A stretch of 32,000 nucleotides of DNA from the NCBI RefSeq assembly GCF_963378105.1, contig NZ_OY726398.1, positions 4,459,230-4,491,229 of the forward strand, read 5' to 3'. The translations under genes and the position numbers were made by a program. Each line of letters starts with the position of its first letter. Position 1 is the stretch's first letter. Positions 1 to 8,058 of the stretch are shown piece after piece. Under the pieces are notes generated by a model. It saw only the letters and a list, made by a program, of their open reading frames with translations, was not told the DNA's origin and searched no databases. The DNA comes from [Mycobacterium] holstebronense (lineage in GTDB: Bacteria; Actinomycetota; Actinomycetes; Mycobacteriales; Mycobacteriaceae).

Positions 1-588
1 ACCAAAACCGCCCGCCGAACCACCGACACCACCAATGCCATCGGCCGACGTACCAGCAGCACCACCATCACCGAACCACAAACCACCAGAACCACCAGCA
101 GCCTGCGCCAGCGTCCCACCATCAATACCGTCAGCACCGTTACCGATCAGGATCTGACCGAAACCAAACAGGTTGATAAACGAATTAACCTGCTCACCAA
201 ACGGACTCAGAATCCACGCCTGCCCCAAGTCATGCAACGGCGTGTAGAACAACGAACCGAACCAGTCATCAGCGGCCGCCGAACCCGGCAGATCCGCCAC
301 CGACGCATCAAACGACAGACCCAAATTCGACAGCAGCGGCTCCCACGCCCCCTGGTCGAACAACGTGTCCCACGACGACGCCTGACTCAAATCACCCAAC
401 GCACCAGCCAGATCCGCACCGAACAGGTCAACCACCCAGTCCAGCTCATCAGCATGCGCCACAGGAGCCGCCGACAACGGCGACATCCCAAAGGTCAAAA
501 ACGCCCCAACCGCACTGCTGGCCCCCAACAGTCGCCGGCTACGCCGACCCTGCTGGCCGTTGCCCGAAGTGTTACGCCCTACTGCCAT
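1..588 (-). CDS. Signal-peptide PGRS-like glycine-rich protein; N-terminal 196 codons only, C-terminus runs off the window start
   Basis: Hand translation of the minus strand from ATG 588-586 gives 196 codons with no stop, ending in frame at nt 1. It reads MAVGRNTSGNGQQGRRSRRLLGASSAVGAFLTFGMSPLSAAPVAHA|DELDW...FGQILIGNGADG...GGSGGLWFGDGGAAGTSADGIGGVGGSAGGFG. AGGA (597-600) lies 8 nt upstream of the ATG. The leader is near-identical to that of the 17105-19609 protein. This ORF is absent from the supplied track, presumably because it has no stop inside the window. An alternative in-frame ATG at 639 lacks an SD. Confidence 0.65.
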   Translation of the reverse strand, partial: MAVGRNTSGNGQQGRRSRRLLGASSAVGAFLTFGMSPLSAAPVAHADELDWVVDLFGADLAGALGDLSQASSWDTLFDQGAWEPLLSNLGLSFDASVADLPGSAAADDWFGSLFYTPLHDLGQAWILSPFGEQVNSFINLFGFGQILIGNGADGIDGGTLAQAAGGSGGLWFGDGGAAGTSADGIGGVGGSAGGFG

Positions 589-675
589 TTGGGATGTCCT
601 ATCTGTGTGGCCCACAGTTGTGCTAGCTCTGTCTGTCATGAAGTTTGGATTTGGCGGCTTAGCTGCTCAGCAGGC

Positions 676-2430
676 TCAGCCGTAGAAGCCCAACGCCGCC
701 GCGATCTGGTTCGGAATGTCGTTGAGCCACTCCGACGCCACGCCGAAGAAGTTGCCGTTGATGCCCAGCACGCCCAGGTCGGACAGCCCCAGCCCGTCGA
801 TCAGGCCGTTGATATCGAGGCTGCCCAGGCCGAGGTCGGTGAGCAGCGAGTTGATCGTGCCGTCGAGGCCGAGGTTGGCAACGATGGTGTCCAGGTCGTA
901 GTTGTCCAGGCCGATCCAGCCGAGGAGGGTGCCCAGCGTGGGGTCGCCCAGCACGCTGGTCATCAGGTCGGTGATGAACTGGTCCAAGTGCACCTCGTCC
1001 AGGCCCAGACCACCCAGGATGCTCTCGATGGAGACACCGCCCAACAGGCTGTTGATGAACTCATCGAGAGACTGGTTGTCCAGGCCCAGGCCGGAGAGAA
1101 TGCCGGCGATCGAGATGCTGCTCAGCCCGAGGCGGTCGATGAACATGTCGATGTCGATGTTGTTCAGGCCCAGGTTGTTGAAAATCGACTGGATGTAGAT
1201 GTCGTTCAGGCCGAGGCTGTCGATCAGGCCGGACAGGCTCAGGCTGCCCATGCCCCAGTCCTCGAACAGGGTGAGCAACGTGGTGTCGGTCAGCCCCAGC
1301 CCCGCAACGACACTCGTGAAGAGTTCGGTCAACGTCGGGTCGAAGCCCCAATCGGTGAGGAACTGCCCCAGAGTGACATTGCCGGTCAGGTCGCCCAGAC
1401 CGTTGAACAGGTCCTCCAGCGTGAAGTCACCGATGCCCATCGCATCGACCCCTTGGATCACGGTGACGTCGTAGAGGTGCAGGTTCTGGAGAGTTACGCC
1501 AACGGTGTTGGTGCCCATCACCGCGCCGAGAGTGGGGTTGCCGGCCTTCTCGAGGAGGCTGGCCTGGTCGGGGGCGAGAATCCCCAACGGGGTGTCACCC
1601 AGGTTGGCGTAAGCCGGATCTGGGCTGGGAAGCGTGTACAGCAAGGCCTGAACCGGGATGTCGTTTACCGGAGTGTCGGGAGGGTAGCCCATGGTGTTCT
1701 CGCCGATCGGCATCTCCTGGAAGATGTCCCCGAGCGTCGTGTTGCCGTAATCGCCGATGAAGTCGCTCAAGGTGGCGCCGGGCGGGAACATGGAAAGCAG
1801 CATGTCCGTCAACGGAGTGTTGGCGCTGATGTCCGGTCCGAGGAAACCGTCGTTGAGCAGGTCAATCAGCGTCTGGTCGCCGTACTCGCCCAACATTCCC
1901 GCGAGCGCGCCGACGGTGACGGTGCCGAGGCCCATCTGCTCGAAGAAGTCGGTCAGCGGGGGGTCGCCGAACGAATCGGTCAGCAATCCGCCGATAGTCC
2001 AGGTCGGGTCGATCAAGCTGGCCAGGGACTCGTTGCCCTGAGCGCCGAGCAGGTCCTTGATCAGGCCACCGACGGTGGCGTCGTCCCCGCCGACGAAGCT
2101 CAGCACGAGTTCGGACAGGCTGGGGTTGCCGATGTCGGTCTGGTTGAGCAGGGCGATCAGCAGGCTGGCGACCGAGTCGCCGGGCTCGATGCCACCGAGG
2201 CTCTCCAGCAGCTCAGCGATGGTGGGGTTGCCGATGCCCGCCTCGTTGAAGAGGCCGATCAGCAACTCGGAGAGCGACTGAGTGCCGATGCCCATGTCGT
2301 TGAGCAGGTCCACCGGCGTCATGTGTCCGAGGCCGAGCCCGTCGAGCAGGTCGATGATCAGCGTTTCCAGCGGAACATCGCCGATACCGGCCTGCGACAG
2401 CAGGTCGGTGATGGTGGTGTCGCCCATGCC
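676..2430 (-). repeat. In-frame array of 14-residue G-[LI]-[GDNS]-x-x-[ST]-[LI]-x-x-[LI]-[LI]-x-x-[LM] units, often alternating with an 18-residue variant
   Basis: Read from the translation, e.g. GIGDVPLETLIIDLLDGL / GLGHMTPVDLLNDM / GIGTQSLSELLIGLFNEA / GIGNPTIAELLESL, and near the C-terminus GLNDIYIQSIFNNL / GLNNIDIDMFIDRL / GLSSISIAGILSGL. The boundaries are approximate. Confidence 0.7.
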
Positions 2431-3081
2431 GGACAGCTCGACCACGTCACCGATGTTGAAGTTGGCGTCGATCGGCTGCCCGGGGGTCAAGACACCGTTG
2501 AACAACGGGAAGTAGGCGCCCCCGAAGTCGACACCGCTGCTGCCGTTGAGGAAAGCGTCCAACAGCGTCGCCGGCGCGCCGATCAGAGCCGAGAACGACT
2601 TCATCGGGTCGGTGAAGATGTTGTTGACGATCTCGTCCATGATCTGCTGGAACGCGTTGCCCATGGTCACCCAAGGGCCAATGGCGGCCAGCAGCGAGTT
2701 CAGCCACAGCGGCATCTGCAGGTCGATGTCGACGGGGAAGGGGAAGGCCTGGACGCCGATGGTGGGCATCGAGTTGGTGAAGATGTTGATGACATCCGGG
2801 ATGCCGTTGATCGCCTCTTGCGGGTTCGCGAAGATGTGCTGCAGCAGACCCCACATGTCCACGGAGTTCTGGTTCAGCGCCTGCAGGTTCGCGATGGTGT
2901 TCTCGAACAGGTCGGTGTAGGGCGAGAAGAAGCCCGACGTGAGCGCAACACCGCGCTGCTCGACCGTGGCGAGCTGGTGCTGAAGCTGCGGCAGGTTCGA
3001 GGCCACGGGGGGAACCGCGACCAGGCCCACCCCGACGACAGCCAGGCCGGTGGTGACGTATGGACGAAGTGTTTGCTGCAT
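676..3081 (-). CDS. Acidic N-terminally anchored repeat protein (GLG 14/18-residue repeats), paralogue A; function unknown
   Basis: The track ORF is 676-3138. I prefer ATG 3081 (MQQTLRPYVTTGLAVVGVGLVAVPP...) because GGGAGGG (3086-3092) sits just upstream and the paralogue starts at the equivalent residue. The third codon position is C-rich, typical of mycobacteria. It has one N-terminal hydrophobic segment, a non-repeat domain of about 200 aa, then repeats to the C-terminus (...GNFFGVASEWLNDIPNQIAAALGFYG*). Confidence 0.8.
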   Translation of the reverse strand: MQQTLRPYVTTGLAVVGVGLVAVPPVASNLPQLQHQLATVEQRGVALTSGFFSPYTDLFENTIANLQALNQNSVDMWGLLQHIFANPQEAINGIPDVINIFTNSMPTIGVQAFPFPVDIDLQMPLWLNSLLAAIGPWVTMGNAFQQIMDEIVNNIFTDPMKSFSALIGAPATLLDAFLNGSSGVDFGGAYFPLFNGVLTPGQPIDANFNIGDVVELSGMGDTTITDLLSQAGIGDVPLETLIIDLLDGLGLGHMTPVDLLNDMGIGTQSLSELLIGLFNEAGIGNPTIAELLESLGGIEPGDSVASLLIALLNQTDIGNPSLSELVLSFVGGDDATVGGLIKDLLGAQGNESLASLIDPTWTIGGLLTDSFGDPPLTDFFEQMGLGTVTVGALAGMLGEYGDQTLIDLLNDGFLGPDISANTPLTDMLLSMFPPGATLSDFIGDYGNTTLGDIFQEMPIGENTMGYPPDTPVNDIPVQALLYTLPSPDPAYANLGDTPLGILAPDQASLLEKAGNPTLGAVMGTNTVGVTLQNLHLYDVTVIQGVDAMGIGDFTLEDLFNGLGDLTGNVTLGQFLTDWGFDPTLTELFTSVVAGLGLTDTTLLTLFEDWGMGSLSLSGLIDSLGLNDIYIQSIFNNLGLNNIDIDMFIDRLGLSSISIAGILSGLGLDNQSLDEFINSLLGGVSIESILGGLGLDEVHLDQFITDLMTSVLGDPTLGTLLGWIGLDNYDLDTIVANLGLDGTINSLLTDLGLGSLDINGLIDGLGLSDLGVLGINGNFFGVASEWLNDIPNQIAAALGFYG

Positions 3082-3130
3082 GACGCCCTCCCGGACGAAA
3101 GTTCCGAAGTTGCTTTGCCGTTCAGGTCGC

Positions 3131-4800
3131 TTAGCCACTGAGCACCGCCGTGATCTGGTCCCCTAGGCCGTCAAGCCAGTAGGACATGGAGCCCCAGAAC
3201 TCGCCGATCTGCGCGTTGATCACGGTCATATCCCCGAGCCCCAGGGACGCCAGGAGCTCGTCGACGGTCTGGAGGCCGAAGTCGCCGAGCAGCGCACTGA
3301 CCGTCGAGGTCCCGAACAGCGAGTCGATCAACTCGTTGAGGGTCTGGTCGCCCAGGCCCAGGGCGAGCATCTGGTCGGCGATGGTGCTGATGCCGAAGAA
3401 CTGGTCGAACAGGTCGCTGAGCGACTGACCGCCGAGGCCGAAGTCGTTGAGCATGTCGTTGACGGTCTGCGGGCCCAGCGCCTGACGGATGATGTCGTCG
3501 AGGTGCATGCTGCCCAGCCCACCGTCGTCCAGAGCATTGGCGACGGTCTGGTCACCGAAGGTCTGGTTGAGCAGTTCACTCATGGTCTGGTTGCCCAGAC
3601 CCGACTCAGCGAGCATGTCGATGATCGTCTGGTCAGCGGGCACCAGTTGGTCGATCAGGGCCGACAGGGTGGTGTCGCCCATGACGCCGAGCAGCGAAGA
3701 GAGCGGCGCGTCGGGCATGCCGGCCAGCACCAGGTCGGTCAGGGTCTGATCGGCCATGCCCGAGTCGGTGAGCATCTGACCCAGGGTCATCGAGAAGTTC
3801 GTCGAGATCATCTCGTTGAGGGTCATCTCGCCCATCGGGCCGAGCATCGAGATGAGGGGGTCGTTCAACTGGTCGCCCAAGAAGGAGGCGATGGTCGTAC
3901 CCGCCAGGGAAGCCGACAGCAGAGCGTCACCGCCCTTGTCCAGCGGGGTCATGCCGGTAGCGGCGAGCATGTCGTTGACCGTGAGGTTGCCGGTGATGTA
4001 GGACAGGTTGCCGAGGATGGTGCCCACCGACAGATTGGTGATACCCAAAAGGTCGGTGACGTCCCCGACCGTCACCGCGCCGAAGCCCGCGAAACCCATG
4101 ACCTCGGCGACTGTGGTGTCGCCGTAGGAACCGAGTACCACCGAAACCAACTGGCCGATGTCAGCGTCGGCAAGGCCGGCCGAACTGAGCAGGTCCATGA
4201 TCGTCTGATTGCCCAGGCCCAGCCCGCCGAGCAGCGAGGTGATGAACTCATGGGTGGTCTGGGTGCCGAGGCCCGTGGCGTCGAGCATGTCCGCCGCGCT
4301 CTGACCGCCGAGGCCCAGCGCGTCCACCGCTGTTTGCAGCAGGCCGTTGAGTGTCAGGTCGCCGGCGCCGATGTCAGCGATGAGCTCGTTGACGGTCGGG
4401 TCGCCGATGCCCATCGCGTTGAGCACGTCCATGCCCAGGTCGGCCAGCTTGAGGTCGGCCAGACCGACGTCGCCGGCGATGTCGACGATCGTCGGGTTGT
4501 CGAAGCCCAGTGCGTTGGTGAAGTCGATGGCGATATCGGCGACCTGAACGTCGCCGATACCCAGCATGTCCATGAGTTCGGCGATGGTGGGGTTGCCGAT
4601 GCCCACCGCGTCGAAGATCGTGCTCAGCACGCTGGAAACCTCAAGGCTGCCCAGGCCGAGGGCGTTGATGACGTCGACGGGGGTGTCGTCACCCAGTCCG
4701 ACGCTGTCCAGCAGGCCGGTCAACATGCCGGCGACCTCAAGCGTGCCGATGCCGGTCTGGTCGAGCAGGCTGGCGATGGTCTGGTCGCCGATGTTGAGGT
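3131..4800 (-). repeat. In-frame 14/18-residue GLG repeat array (about 32-residue super-repeat)
   Basis: Read from the translation of paralogue B. The boundaries are approximate. Confidence 0.7.
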
Positions 4801-5437
4801 TGTTGGCCAGCTCCTCAGCGGTCTGGTCGATGATGAGGTTCTGACCGGGGACCAGGATGCCCTGGAACGCAAGAACGCTGCTGCCGGCGATGTCGACAGT
4901 GCTGGTGCCGTTCAGCCACGCGTCGACCAGACGCGGGAACGCGGTGAAGATGGCCGCGAACGGGTCCAGCGGATCATTGGGGTTGAAGATCTGGTTGAGA
5001 ATGTCCTGCATCGCGTCATTGACCGTGACCAGCGGGCCGATGATGCCCATCCCGATGGTCAGGATCGGCGAGAGCAGGACCATCAGCGGGTCGGAGCCGC
5101 TGATCGACGGCATGATCGACGTCAGGAAGTCGAAGACCTCCGGCAGCCGCGACAGCGAGCTCGGGTCGCTGAAGATCTGCTCCAGCAGGTTTCCCCAGCC
5201 GTTGTCGGAGCCCATCGCCGCCAGGTTGGTAGCGGTGTTGCTGAACAGGTCCTGCCACGGTCCGAAGAAATCAGCTGTGAGCTTCACAGGATGGTGCTGG
5301 ACCAACTCATGGGCCTGGCGAGGCTCAACTTGGGGCCGCAGCACCGCCGCGGGAACTGCCCCGTTGACCGCGATCAACGCGGCACCCGCGATCGCGACAC
5401 CGGGGGTGACGTACGGGCGAAGCGCGAGCTGCATCAT
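3131..5437 (-). CDS. Acidic N-terminally anchored repeat protein (GLG 14/18-residue repeats), paralogue B; function unknown
   Basis: 768-aa ORF starting MMQLALRPYVTPGVAIAGAALIAVNG, with AGGAG (5441-5445) immediately upstream; the start may be the second ATG at 5434. It shows the same domain order as paralogue A and a clean 14+18 alternation: GIGNPTIAELMDML / GIGDVQVADIAIDFTNAL / GFDNPTIVDIAGDV / GLADLKLADLGMDVLNAM / GIGDPTVNELIADI. The C-terminus GEFWGSMSYWLDGLGDQITAVLSG* parallels that of A. A 49-nt gap to gene A suggests an operon. Confidence 0.8.
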   Translation of the reverse strand: MMQLALRPYVTPGVAIAGAALIAVNGAVPAAVLRPQVEPRQAHELVQHHPVKLTADFFGPWQDLFSNTATNLAAMGSDNGWGNLLEQIFSDPSSLSRLPEVFDFLTSIMPSISGSDPLMVLLSPILTIGMGIIGPLVTVNDAMQDILNQIFNPNDPLDPFAAIFTAFPRLVDAWLNGTSTVDIAGSSVLAFQGILVPGQNLIIDQTAEELANNLNIGDQTIASLLDQTGIGTLEVAGMLTGLLDSVGLGDDTPVDVINALGLGSLEVSSVLSTIFDAVGIGNPTIAELMDMLGIGDVQVADIAIDFTNALGFDNPTIVDIAGDVGLADLKLADLGMDVLNAMGIGDPTVNELIADIGAGDLTLNGLLQTAVDALGLGGQSAADMLDATGLGTQTTHEFITSLLGGLGLGNQTIMDLLSSAGLADADIGQLVSVVLGSYGDTTVAEVMGFAGFGAVTVGDVTDLLGITNLSVGTILGNLSYITGNLTVNDMLAATGMTPLDKGGDALLSASLAGTTIASFLGDQLNDPLISMLGPMGEMTLNEMISTNFSMTLGQMLTDSGMADQTLTDLVLAGMPDAPLSSLLGVMGDTTLSALIDQLVPADQTIIDMLAESGLGNQTMSELLNQTFGDQTVANALDDGGLGSMHLDDIIRQALGPQTVNDMLNDFGLGGQSLSDLFDQFFGISTIADQMLALGLGDQTLNELIDSLFGTSTVSALLGDFGLQTVDELLASLGLGDMTVINAQIGEFWGSMSYWLDGLGDQITAVLSG

Positions 5438-5888
5438 GCTCTCCTACGGACACTGACTACGGACGTTGCTTAAACTTACATGAGTTTTCCGTTTTGTCGA
5501 ACGGGAATTTTTGTAAGGAAAAACTTCATGAAAACCCCGGCGCATGACACGTAGTGCGATGCATTTCCGGCCCAGCGGACCGTGGTGGACCTGATATCGC
5601 AGCAGGCCCAGGAGTCGACCGAGGAGCTTCTCAGGTTTTGTTAACGGCGATTCGCGGCCGAGCCGCTCGTTAAGGCAGGAAGCGGCATGACCGCTACCAA
5701 CCTGATGACCCCGCTTGCCAGCAGGTTGCCCGATTCGACGACAAAGTCGCCGCCAGCTACTGGCCGGAAAGTGACGTCGATCACAGAAGTCAACGGCGCT
5801 TCGCTGCGCGGGCCGGCCTCGCTTCCTCAGCGGGGTTTCGCGCGCCGCGGCCGAGTGGCATGCGGCGGCGGGCTCAGCGGGGCTGACT

Positions 5889-7775
5889 TCAGCCCTGGCC
5901 CGGCGAGCCTTCCCGCCGGTGCTGCGCCAATCCGGCCGCGACGGCCCGCCCCAGTCCAGCCAACAGCGCACCCTTGATTCCCGGGCCCGTTTTTGCCGGC
6001 CGCGGCTCCGCCCACTCCGCCAACACTGTCAGCTCGCCGGCGACGTACTGGTCACGGCACGCACCGCGCTGAATCTTGCCGCTGGTAGTAGTAGGTATCC
6101 GCATCGGTTTGAGCAGCACGACGGCCTGAGCGTCGATGCCATGGTTGGTGCGGATAGCCGCCCGGATCGAATCGATCAGGTCTTTCGGATCGACCCCGAC
6201 CGCCTCGTGGTGGTGCACCTCCTGCACCACCACCATGTATTCGGGGGCGTAACGCTCGGTCGGCAACTGGAACACGGCGCCACGGCTGGGCATCAGCGCC
6301 GGGTGGCAGGCCTGCACGGTCAGCTCGATGTCATTCGGATAATGGCTGAATCCGTTGATCGTCATCAGGTCCTTGCACCGGCCGGTGACGTACAGTTCGC
6401 CTTCCCGGAAGAACCCCAGATCGCCACTGCGCAGGTAAGGACCCTCGCCGGTGTCGGCGAGGTGCGCTTGGAAAGCATGCTCCGTTTCCTCCGGCCGCCC
6501 CCAGTAGCCCACTCCGACGCAAGGGCCGGCAACCCAGATCTCGCCCACTTCCTCAGCGGTGCGGGGTAGCCGCGTCTCGGTATCGACGATTCGGACATCC
6601 AAGAGCTCCGACTTCTTGCCGCAGCCCACCAGCGGTAGAGCGGTTTCTGAGTGGGCGGCATCGGCTGCCACCTCGACGATCCGGTCCTCGCTCAGCGCGG
6701 TCCGGTCGAAGTGCCGGACCACCGGCAGTGGCGACTCGGACATGCCCGTCACGCCCAGGGTCGCCTCGGCCAGCCCATAGGCCGGAAGGAACGCCTCGGG
6801 ACGGAACCCGGCCGGTGCGAACGCCTCTGTGAAGGACTGCAGCGTCTCAGCACTGATCGGCCCGGCTCCGACCACGGCGATCGACAGGCTCGACAGGTCC
6901 AGGGCCGCCCGCTGCTCCGCGGTGCTGCGTTTGACGCAGGCCTCGTAAGCGAAGTTGGGGGCGGCGGTGATGGTCGCCTGGTAGCGCGAGATCGCCTGCA
7001 TCCAGCGGAGCGGACGCATCAAGAAGGCGCTCGGCGACATCAGCACGGTGGTGCGGCCGCCGTAGATGGTGCCGAGGATGCCCCCGACAAAGCCCATGTC
7101 GTGGTACTGCGGCAGCCAGGACACCCCGCTGATCGGGCTGTTCATCACTGGCGCGTCATCCGGCGGATTCAGCGCCCACCGCATTACCTCCAGATTGCTG
7201 AGGTAGTTGCGGTGCGTCAGCACGCAACCCTTCGGCACCCCGGTGGAGCCCGAGGTGTACTGGATCATGGCGAGGCTGTCGGCACGGACGCTCTGCGGCT
7301 CCCAGGCCGCCCCGTCGTCGGGGGCCTCATCCATGGCCAGCCAGGTCAGCTTCGGCCCGGCACTGAGGCCGTCCACCGCAGACTTCATCTTGGCCTGGGT
7401 CTTCGCCGTTGCCAGCGCGAAGCGCGCATCCGATTCGGGCACGACGGTCTCGATCCGGCGGATAGGCCAGTGCTCGTCGACCGGTATCGCGATAGCGCCG
7501 GCGTAGAAACAGCCGAACAGCCCGGCGATGCTGTCCACACCGGGGCGGCAGAGCACCAGCACACGCTCACCCGCGGCGCCGTGAAGCTGCAAGCTCGCCG
7601 CGATCGAGCGGGCACGACGGTCCAGGTCGCGGTAGGTGACCCGGTCCTCTTCGATATCGCCTTCTGGGCAGAAGATGAAAGCGGGCGTGTCCTGGAAACG
7701 CGCAGCCTGCTGCTGCATCAGGTCGACAAGGGTGTCCAACTCCAAGGGAGCCAAGGAACTCGTCAGTTCTGCCAT
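5889..7775 (-). CDS. Fatty-acyl-AMP ligase / acyl-CoA synthetase family (FadD, FAAL-like)
   Basis: Adenylate-forming enzyme core motifs are present: IQYTSGSTGVPKGCVLTH, GEIWVAGPCVGVGYWGRPEETEHAF, YLRSGDLGFFREGELYVTGRCKDLMTINGFSHYPNDIE, TSGKIQRGACR. The GR.KD....G.N.YP.DIE form is typical of mycobacterial FAALs such as FadD32 and FadD26. The track ORF extends to 7910, but the R-rich 45-aa extension looks non-coding; I place the start at ATG 7775 (MAELTSSLAP...). Confidence 0.88.
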   Translation of the reverse strand: MAELTSSLAPLELDTLVDLMQQQAARFQDTPAFIFCPEGDIEEDRVTYRDLDRRARSIAASLQLHGAAGERVLVLCRPGVDSIAGLFGCFYAGAIAIPVDEHWPIRRIETVVPESDARFALATAKTQAKMKSAVDGLSAGPKLTWLAMDEAPDDGAAWEPQSVRADSLAMIQYTSGSTGVPKGCVLTHRNYLSNLEVMRWALNPPDDAPVMNSPISGVSWLPQYHDMGFVGGILGTIYGGRTTVLMSPSAFLMRPLRWMQAISRYQATITAAPNFAYEACVKRSTAEQRAALDLSSLSIAVVGAGPISAETLQSFTEAFAPAGFRPEAFLPAYGLAEATLGVTGMSESPLPVVRHFDRTALSEDRIVEVAADAAHSETALPLVGCGKKSELLDVRIVDTETRLPRTAEEVGEIWVAGPCVGVGYWGRPEETEHAFQAHLADTGEGPYLRSGDLGFFREGELYVTGRCKDLMTINGFSHYPNDIELTVQACHPALMPSRGAVFQLPTERYAPEYMVVVQEVHHHEAVGVDPKDLIDSIRAAIRTNHGIDAQAVVLLKPMRIPTTTSGKIQRGACRDQYVAGELTVLAEWAEPRPAKTGPGIKGALLAGLGRAVAAGLAQHRREGSPGQG

Positions 7776-8058
7776 CTTCTGCGTCTGCCTTCGGAAGTGC
7801 TGGGGTGTGACGCCCACAGCGTAGCGGCGACTGCAAGCGCGTTGGAGCCGGACGAAGCAGCTCGCCGGCGGATCAGACCATATAGAGAGTTGCCCGCCTT
7901 GGCGCGACAACGGCTGTCAACTCACGTGCCGCCGCAACAGATCCACCTGACATAACGAGCGTTGTCGCTCAAAGCCGGGCAATCGTTCAGATCCTGTACC
8001 CGCCGTGCAGTTGGGACGAATGGGTTTCAGCCACCGACGGCGGCAACCCGGCGTCACC

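Noticed and set aside
232-3141. 969-aa plus-strand ORF, the longest ORF in the first 3 kb
   Set aside because: It is antisense to the well-supported minus-strand genes. The translation is Arg/Gln/Val/Asp-rich low-complexity sequence with no motifs. It crosses two minus-strand genes and their spacers, and it is a typical high-GC shadow frame.
3503-5473. 656-aa plus-strand ORF opposite GLG paralogue B
   Set aside because: It has the same shadow-frame character, being R/D/G/V-rich with no SD. The minus frame has an SD, a paralogue and regular repeats.
5444-5971. 175-aa minus-strand ORF and 96-aa plus-strand ORF in the spacer between the FAAL gene and the GLG operon
   Set aside because: Both are Arg/Pro/Ala-rich, overlap the FAAL 3' end, and have no SD or recognisable motif.
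6651-7955. 434-aa plus-strand ORF, plus several 60-100-aa ORFs, opposite the FAAL gene
   Set aside because: The FAAL frame carries all the adenylation core motifs, whereas these ORFs are R/G/P-rich antisense frames.
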